A DNA stretch of 64,000 nt from Bacteroidota bacterium (GTDB lineage Bacteria; Bacteroidota; Bacteroidia; Chitinophagales; Chitinophagaceae), in the NCBI GenBank assembly GCA_039795575.1, contig JBDKLP010000045.1:20552-84551 (forward strand), written 5' to 3'. The notes beneath the pieces are model-generated. The model had not been told where the DNA came from and did no database searches. It saw nothing but the letters and a program-made list of their open reading frames with translations. Each line of letters opens with the position of its first letter. Within the stretch, counting starts at the first letter, position 1. Below, one piece after another: positions 58,772 to 64,000 of the stretch. The position numbers and the translations under genes are program-made.

Positions 58772-59647
58772 TCCAAAATGCAATATGTCTTTAGCTAAGG
58801 ATCGATTGCCCTGTAGCCCCCCGCTGTGAATGATTAGCACACTTGAATTGGATTTAAAATAATCGGCTTGCATTAACTGCTGTACTGCAAAAAATACTTT
58901 ACCAGTATACACGATATCGGTGGGGATTTTTTGAATATCCCATAAAGCATTCATGAAATTAATTTGTGCAGGATTTGTTTTTGCATAGCCCCCTTGATGA
59001 AATTGGTGTAATAAAACATAGTTTGAATTGGGTTTTATCAACAGCGCATCAATTTCATTTTGAATACTACCCTCGTTTTTTAAAATTGGAATTCCAATGG
59101 GTATTTGGTTGGGTGCTACGGCATTAATAATGCCTGCAAACATCGTTCCTGTACCAACTGCACAAATAATATAATCATATTCGGGTACTCCATTTAAAAT
59201 AGAAGAAGCACCCATTGCACCTAAAATGCCATATCCACCTTCATCTACAAAATAGGTTTCTTGTTGGGTAGTATGGCTTTGTATTAGGGTGTTTTTGCTT
59301 TCCTGAAAATGGGTCCTGCCTAAAAATACCAGCTGCATGCCAAAATTTTGAGCGTCTTGTAAGCTGGGTGTGAGGGGTTCACCCTTGTTGCTTCGCACAT
59401 AGCCAATGCTCTTTAATCCATTTTCTCTTGCCGTGAATGCCAAAGCCACTAAGTGATTGGAATAAGGGCCACCAAAACTTGCAATTTGGGTATAGTTTCT
59501 GGCTTTTGCCTCTTTTATATAATAGTGAAGTTTGTACCATTTATTGCCACTCACAATGGGATGTATTTGATCCAATCTAAGGGTGTCTACCTTCCTATTG
59601 GATAGGCTTAAAAAGGGGACATTTTCTATTTTTGGATCGGGTGTCAA
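58766..59647 (-). CDS. ACC deaminase / D-cysteine desulfhydrase family PLP enzyme
   Basis: SGNKWYKL, FGGPYSNH, EGG, AVGTGT, GGYAK, VYTGK, HSGGLQG; TTG start. Confidence 0.9.
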   Translation of the reverse strand: MTPDPKIENVPFLSLSNRKVDTLRLDQIHPIVSGNKWYKLHYYIKEAKARNYTQIASFGGPYSNHLVALAFTARENGLKSIGYVRSNKGEPLTPSLQDAQNFGMQLVFLGRTHFQESKNTLIQSHTTQQETYFVDEGGYGILGAMGASSILNGVPEYDYIICAVGTGTMFAGIINAVAPNQIPIGIPILKNEGSIQNEIDALLIKPNSNYVLLHQFHQGGYAKTNPAQINFMNALWDIQKIPTDIVYTGKVFFAVQQLMQADYFKSNSSVLIIHSGGLQGNRSLAKDILHFGS

Positions 59648-59731
59648 TCTTTTTCGTATTAATAAAAAATCAGTTATTTTTGTGGACTGTACTTTAATAT
59701 TGGTAAAAGTACAAAATATAAATTTTGAATA

Positions 59732-60631
59732 ATGAGTGCACCTACATTAGTGATATTGGCAGCAGGTATGGCAAGTAGATACGGTAGTCAAAAACAAACC
59801 GAAGGTTTTGGCCCTCACGGCGAAACCATTATGGATTATTCAATTTATGATGCCATTCGCGCGGGTTTTGGTAAAGTGGTTTTTATTATTAGAGCCGATT
59901 TTGCAGAAGCGTTTAAAGCCAATTTTGAACCCAAATTAAAGGGCAAAATTAAAACAGAATATGTTTTCCAGTCCTTAGATAAATATACAGAAGGCAAACA
60001 AGTGAATCCAGAGCGTACCAAGCCATGGGGCACGGCACATGCGGTATTGTGTACAAAAGGAATTGTGAATGAACCTTTCGCGGTAATCAATGCTGATGAT
60101 TATTATGGTGCGGCAGCATTTGAACAAGCTTTTCAGTTTTTAACCAAGGAGTGCAATGAAAAAACCTATTGTATTCTTGGATATGAGTTGGCAAATACCT
60201 TAAGTGAAAATGGAACTGTGAGTAGAGGGGTTTGTAGTACCAATGAAAATAATGTGCTCACTCAGATTGTAGAGCGCACTAAGATTTATAAAAAAGAAGG
60301 GCAAATAGTTTTTGAAGAAGATGGCGTATTCACGCCATTAGCTACAGATGCACGTGTGAGTATGAATTTCATGTGCTTTGCGCCTAATTTTTTAGATCTT
60401 TGCGCGCAAGAATTTAGTAAGTTTTTAGATCAGCAAGGGCAGGAATTAAAATCGGAATTTTATATCCCATATGTTACAGGGCAATTCTCTGCATTGGGAA
60501 TGGGGGATGTAAAAGTAATCCCAACCAACGCAAAATGGTTTGGTGTTACTTATAAGGAGGATGCTCCAGAAGTGAAAGCAAATATTGACGCCTTGATTCA
60601 AGCAAAAGTATATCCTGAAAAACTGTGGTAA
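59732..60631 (+). CDS. Sugar-phosphate nucleotidyltransferase family protein
   Basis: LAAGMASRYG..KQ, KPWGTAHA, INADDYYG, WFGVTY. Confidence 0.9.
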   Translation: MSAPTLVILAAGMASRYGSQKQTEGFGPHGETIMDYSIYDAIRAGFGKVVFIIRADFAEAFKANFEPKLKGKIKTEYVFQSLDKYTEGKQVNPERTKPWGTAHAVLCTKGIVNEPFAVINADDYYGAAAFEQAFQFLTKECNEKTYCILGYELANTLSENGTVSRGVCSTNENNVLTQIVERTKIYKKEGQIVFEEDGVFTPLATDARVSMNFMCFAPNFLDLCAQEFSKFLDQQGQELKSEFYIPYVTGQFSALGMGDVKVIPTNAKWFGVTYKEDAPEVKANIDALIQAKVYPEKLW

Positions 60632-60648
60632 TTTGATTTATTGTATAA

Positions 60649-60686
60649 AAAAAAGAGTCCGCTATAAACATAGCGGACTCTTTTTT
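60649..60686. terminator. Bidirectional intrinsic terminator
   Basis: AAAAAAGAGTCCGCTAT-aaac-ATAGCGGACTCTTTTTT. Confidence 0.92.
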
Positions 60687-60707
60687 AAACGCATTGTTGC
60701 AATCTAT

Positions 60708-61814
60708 TTAATTAAATGATCGAACATTATATATGAATCCTTTTAATTGAACGATTTGTTTTTTTCTATCCTTGCTAAGATTGATTTTGGATTTTGCAAT
60801 TTTCAATTTTTCTTCATTTTCAGCAGCTTCAATTAAATCAAAGACTTTAGAGGACTTAATAGCGAATGTCACTCCTTCGGCTTGTTTTTGACGTGTGTTG
60901 ATGATGCCAATTAGTTCTGCATTGTCATTGAACACAGGTGCTCCAGAATAACCAGGGTTTGCACTAATTTGAATTTGATAAGCATTGCTATCTCCATCAA
61001 AACCCGATTGAGCGCTTAGATAGCCCTTGCCATATACAATATCATTATCGTTCCTTGGGTAACCTAAAGTGTAAATTTCCTCGCCAATTTCAGTTGTTTT
61101 TTTACGAATAGTGTAAGGAATATGAGTAGGTTGTTTGAAATCAGAATCGGTAATTTTTAATAAAGCTAAATCTGCAACCTTATCGGCATATACAATACTT
61201 GCATTTAATTCTTGACCCAGGCTATTTATTACAATGGCTCGATTTCCTTTTAATACATGTGCGTTGGTTACGATATATCCTTTAGTATCCACCAAAAAGC
61301 CAGATCCTCCGCTAAGCAATTTGGCGTTTTCGGGTAACTTGGTTTTCACTTCATTTAATAAATGACCTTGCGCCTGTTGGTTTCTCTTGATAACCTCCAT
61401 GTCTTTGCTCAGTTGCAATACTTGTGATCTTTCAAGGCTAGGTACAAAATAAGTAACAATGGCTGAAGTGAATAGTGCAATGAAACCACCAACTGTGGCG
61501 GCAATAGCGACAACTTTACGGTATTTGGTCCAAAGCTGAATGACTTTAAACTGGGTACTTTGCTCATTGACAGGTGTCCAAGTGCCAGCTTCGAGCAATC
61601 GATTAAAAGTTTGTGCAGATAGTTTTGCAAAATTTTTACGACCAGCATAATTGTCCATTTCGTGTAAGAATAGTTTATGTTCTACAACCATCTGGTCAAT
61701 TTCGGGTGTGTCTTTACGGATGGATTCAAATTGAGCCAACTCACTCGCCGACATATTGCCTGCTAAGTAGTTTTCGATTGTCTCCAATAATTGAATATCA
61801 TCCATATTTCTCAT
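60708..61814 (-). CDS. Membrane-anchored trypsin-like (S1C) serine protease with anti-sigma-like N-terminus
   Basis: N-terminal IENYLAGNMS..E..QFE helix bundle, TM helix VVAIAATVGGFIALFTSAIVTYFV, triad motifs TNAHV / DLALLKI / NPGYSGAP; no PDZ domain. Confidence 0.85.
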   Translation of the reverse strand: MRNMDDIQLLETIENYLAGNMSASELAQFESIRKDTPEIDQMVVEHKLFLHEMDNYAGRKNFAKLSAQTFNRLLEAGTWTPVNEQSTQFKVIQLWTKYRKVVAIAATVGGFIALFTSAIVTYFVPSLERSQVLQLSKDMEVIKRNQQAQGHLLNEVKTKLPENAKLLSGGSGFLVDTKGYIVTNAHVLKGNRAIVINSLGQELNASIVYADKVADLALLKITDSDFKQPTHIPYTIRKKTTEIGEEIYTLGYPRNDNDIVYGKGYLSAQSGFDGDSNAYQIQISANPGYSGAPVFNDNAELIGIINTRQKQAEGVTFAIKSSKVFDLIEAAENEEKLKIAKSKINLSKDRKKQIVQLKGFIYNVRSFN

Positions 61815-61825
61815 ATCCTTTCTTA

Positions 61826-62392
61826 TTAATCTCCAATATTATACTGCGCAAAAAATAGTTTCTTTAAGCGCATTAAACATTTATATTTTTGGTTTTTTGC
61901 ATTATCGGCATTGGTATAACCAAATTCCTCAGCTAATGCCTGCATCCCTTTTTTGTTCAAGTAGTACCCCTCCAATAAGCTTTTGCAAGGTTCCCCCAAA
62001 CTATTTAAAGAACGATCCATCATAGCGTAAGCTGCATCTTTTTGTTCAAAATCCTCCATATCGTTTTCTACCGAAATGCTTTCTTCCTCGGTGCTCAAAG
62101 GGCTGCTGTATTTGCCCATTTGTTGTAAACGTTTTAGCCACAAATGCTTACAAATAGAATAGAGGAAGGTTTTAATTGAACAAGTAAGCGTAAATGAGTC
62201 ATTTTGTACTTTTTCATACAAACTAATCATGGCTTCCTGGAATACATCCTTTGCGTCGTCGAAAGAGCCGTTATTGTTAGTAACGAAATGCTGAATAGTA
62301 CTAAAATAACGCTGGTAAAGGGCTTCCACCGCTTTAGTGTCATTTTTTGCTAACCCTTTTAATAGGGATTGTTCGTTCAATTCAGCTTTCAA
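61826..62392 (-). CDS. ECF-type RNA polymerase sigma factor
   Basis: Region 2 DAKDVFQEA..KTFLYSICKHLW; region 4 LGEPCKSLL..YY..M..LA...NAKNQKYKCL; probable TTG start at 62392. Confidence 0.93.
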   Translation of the reverse strand: MKAELNEQSLLKGLAKNDTKAVEALYQRYFSTIQHFVTNNNGSFDDAKDVFQEAMISLYEKVQNDSFTLTCSIKTFLYSICKHLWLKRLQQMGKYSSPLSTEEESISVENDMEDFEQKDAAYAMMDRSLNSLGEPCKSLLEGYYLNKKGMQALAEEFGYTNADNAKNQKYKCLMRLKKLFFAQYNIGD

Positions 62393-62396
62393 TAGA

Positions 62397-62424
62397 TTAA
62401 TACTTAAGTAGGGCAAAAGTAACC
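62397..62424 (-). promoter_or_regulatory. Putative ECF promoter for the sigma/protease operon
   Basis: GGTTAC-N15-GTATTAA on the minus strand; overlaps a TACTTTTG sigma-A box. Confidence 0.6.
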
Positions 62425-62470
62425 CAAAAAGGCTATTTTTTTATTTTTTTAGATTTTTTGATATTGGGGA

Positions 62471-62498
62471 GGTTACCTTTCCCCCAATTAGGTATTAA
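62471..62498 (+). promoter_or_regulatory. Putative ECF promoter for the small lipoprotein
   Basis: GGTTAC-N15-GTATTAA, same boxes and spacing as the divergent copy. Confidence 0.6.
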
Positions 62499-62529
62499 GA
62501 GTATAATTAAACAATAAAAAACTTTCCAA

Positions 62530-62706
62530 ATGAAAAAAGTATTCGCAATTTTCGCTATCGCTGCATTAGCTGCTTGTGGTGGTGCTTCAACTGAAACTAA
62601 GACTGATTCTGCTGCTACAACTGTTGATACAGCTGCTAAAGCAACTGATTCTGCTGCTGTTGTTGCTGACACAACTGCAAAAGTTGATACTGCTGCTAAG
62701 AAGTAA
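62530..62706 (+). CDS. 58-aa Ala/Thr/Asp-rich lipoprotein
   Basis: MKKVFAIFAIAALAA-CGGASTETKTDSAATTVDTAAKATDSAAVVADTTAKVDTAAKK; lipobox LAAC, strong GCT/ACT codon bias; too short for the ORF track. Confidence 0.88.
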   Translation: MKKVFAIFAIAALAACGGASTETKTDSAATTVDTAAKATDSAAVVADTTAKVDTAAKK

Positions 62707-62804
62707 TCAAACTAATTGGACTATTGGCCTGTTAGGGGAAACCCTGCCAAATCGTTTGCCAGTCAATAGTTAACAACCGATTTCATATGGCAAGCAATCG
62801 TTAG

Positions 62805-62835
62805 AGCCGCCCTGTTTCCACGGGGGGGCTTTTTT
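62805..62835 (+). terminator. Intrinsic terminator after the lipoprotein 3' UTR
   Basis: AGCC(g)CCCTGT-ttcc-ACGGGG(g)GGCT plus TTTTT. Confidence 0.7.
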
Positions 62836-62989
62836 ATTCTAGGCCCTTAAAGAATTTAGGGCCTGAATAAAAAAGCTAATGACCGGAAGTCCCTAATGGA
62901 CTTCTTGCGGAACCGTTCATTTTAACGAATAGTTGTTAGTTGTGTGCAAAAAACTTTAATGTTTTAGCCTATTATAGGGCATTTTTCCG

Positions 62990-62997
62990 TATATTTG
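62990..62997 (+). promoter_or_regulatory. sigma-A -7 box of the pheA leader
   Basis: TATATTTG, 7 nt before the leader ATG. Confidence 0.7.
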
Positions 62998-63004
62998 TGT
63001 TACG

Positions 63005-63088
63005 ATGAAAGCAAATAGCAACTGGTTTTACTTTTTCTTTTATTTCTACTTTAACCAAAGTAGCCGGGTAGTATTTGTAAAAGCTTAA
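63005..63088 (+). CDS. pheL: Aromatic amino-acid leader peptide MKANSNWFYFFFYFYFNQSSRVVFVKA
   Basis: 10 consecutive aromatic codons (1 Trp, 6 Phe, 3 Tyr) at 63023-63052, upstream of a terminator and pheA. Confidence 0.9.
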   Translation: MKANSNWFYFFFYFYFNQSSRVVFVKA

Positions 63089-63107
63089 ACAAAATAATTC
63101 AACATAC

Positions 63108-63138
63108 AATCCCGGCCTCAACAGCCGGGATTTTTTTT
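63108..63138 (+). terminator. phe/aro attenuator terminator
   Basis: AATCCCGGC-ctcaaca-GCCGGGATT plus T-run; antiterminator GCCGGG at 63063-63068. Confidence 0.9.
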
Positions 63139-63171
63139 AATTAAATTTTAGAACAAGGGTCAGCAATAGGG

Positions 63172-64000
63172 ATGAATAAAAAAGTTACGATACAGGGATA
63201 TGAAGGAAGCTTCCACCAAGTGGCAGCTAGACACTTTTTTGGTAAAGATGTAGAAGTAATTACATGTGATACTTTTAGAGAAGTTGTAAAAATTGGCTCG
63301 GATCCTAAACAATCAGATGGCGCAGTCATGGCGATTGAAAATTCAATCGCTGGAAGCATTTTGCCTAATTACAATTTATTACAGAAAAGCAATTTGCAAG
63401 TGATCGGGGAAGTTTACTTGTCCATAAGCCAAAACTTGTTAGTGAATCCCGGCGTTAAACTTTCAGACATCAAAGAAGTGCATAGTCACCCAATGGCCAT
63501 TTTACAATGCTTGGATTTTTTAGAACAATATGATTTTAAATTGGTGGAATCGGAGGATACAGCATTAAGTGCAAAGATGGTACACCAGCATAAAAGCAAA
63601 CATGTGGCTGCAATAGCTAGTAAGTTAGCAGCACAGTTGTATAATTTGGATGTGATTGCACCCGATATCCATACTTTAAAAAATAATATCACAAGATTTT
63701 TGATATTAGTTCCAACAAAAACAAAAGTGGAAATTAAAGATGCCGATAAAGCATCTATCTACTTTCAAACAGATCACTCTAAAGGAATACTTTCCAAAGT
63801 ATTGGCAACCATTGCGAAGGGTGGTGTGAACTTGAGCAAGTTGCAAAGTATGCCAATACCAGGTAGTACTTTCAAATATGGATTTTATGCGGATTTAGAA
63901 TTTGAGAATAATAAACAAATTGAAAAAGTATTGGAGGCAGTAAAAAGCATGACCAATAGTTTTAAAGTTTTTGGATTGTATAAAAAAGGTAAAGTTGTAA
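63172..64000 (+). CDS. pheA: Prephenate dehydratase; 3' end beyond the window
   Basis: Not in the ORF track. MNKKVTIQGYEGSFHQVAA...AIENSIAGSI...VHSHPMAILQC...DTALSA...NITRFL, ACT domain NLSKLQSMP. Confidence 0.95.
   Translation, partial: MNKKVTIQGYEGSFHQVAARHFFGKDVEVITCDTFREVVKIGSDPKQSDGAVMAIENSIAGSILPNYNLLQKSNLQVIGEVYLSISQNLLVNPGVKLSDIKEVHSHPMAILQCLDFLEQYDFKLVESEDTALSAKMVHQHKSKHVAAIASKLAAQLYNLDVIAPDIHTLKNNITRFLILVPTKTKVEIKDADKASIYFQTDHSKGILSKVLATIAKGGVNLSKLQSMPIPGSTFKYGFYADLEFENNKQIEKVLEAVKSMTNSFKVFGLYKKGKVV

Noticed and set aside
62433-62773. Track ORFs 62433-62672(-) and 62576-62773(+)
   Set aside because: Antisense and off-frame shadows of the real 58-aa lipoprotein gene (62530-62706).
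62812-62828. parS-like sequence (TGTTTCCACGGG), given parAB in the window
   Set aside because: Not the 16-bp parS palindrome; explained as the terminator loop and stem. No parS site was spotted elsewhere by eye.
62707-62940. SRP RNA, 6S RNA or c-di-GMP riboswitch assignment
   Set aside because: No SRP domain-IV motif, no clear 6S long hairpin with central bubble, and GGCAAAC lacks the rest of the GEMM consensus; left as an unassigned structured RNA candidate.
56-63692. Numerous 60-150 aa ORFs overlapping long genes
   Set aside because: Antisense or alternative-frame shadows of well-supported CDS, with no recognisable motifs.

Overview
AT-rich core chromosome of a Bacteroidota bacterium, most likely Chitinophagaceae (inferred from gene content and TAnnTTTG -7 promoter boxes). 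No mobile element, prophage or CRISPR array was seen. The window holds about 58 CDS (aconitase, kdsA, parAB-dapB, glmS, mgtE, pgm, pcm, prc, mtaB, iscS, glmM, lipB, pheA and others), one tRNA-His and several bidirectional terminators. Most of the interesting signal lies in small elements the ORF track misses. (1) A complete trp operon with its own promoter and attenuator is nested inside the his operon (hisGDCB-[trpL-trpEGDCFBA]-hisHAF-IE); its leader reads WWW-H and may sense both Trp and His. (2) There are three leader-peptide attenuators: His4, Trp3-His, and a 10-codon W/F/Y run before pheA. (3) An ECF sigma factor, an anti-sigma-like protein fused to a trypsin-like protease, and a divergent 58-aa lipoprotein rich in D(S/T)x motifs form a module. 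Twin GGTTAC-N15-GTATTAA motifs face outward between them, and a densely structured ~230-nt non-coding region follows. (4) A UpxY/NusG paralogue has no adjacent polysaccharide locus. (5) Several promoters look leaderless. All product calls come from motif recognition by eye; no database search was run.
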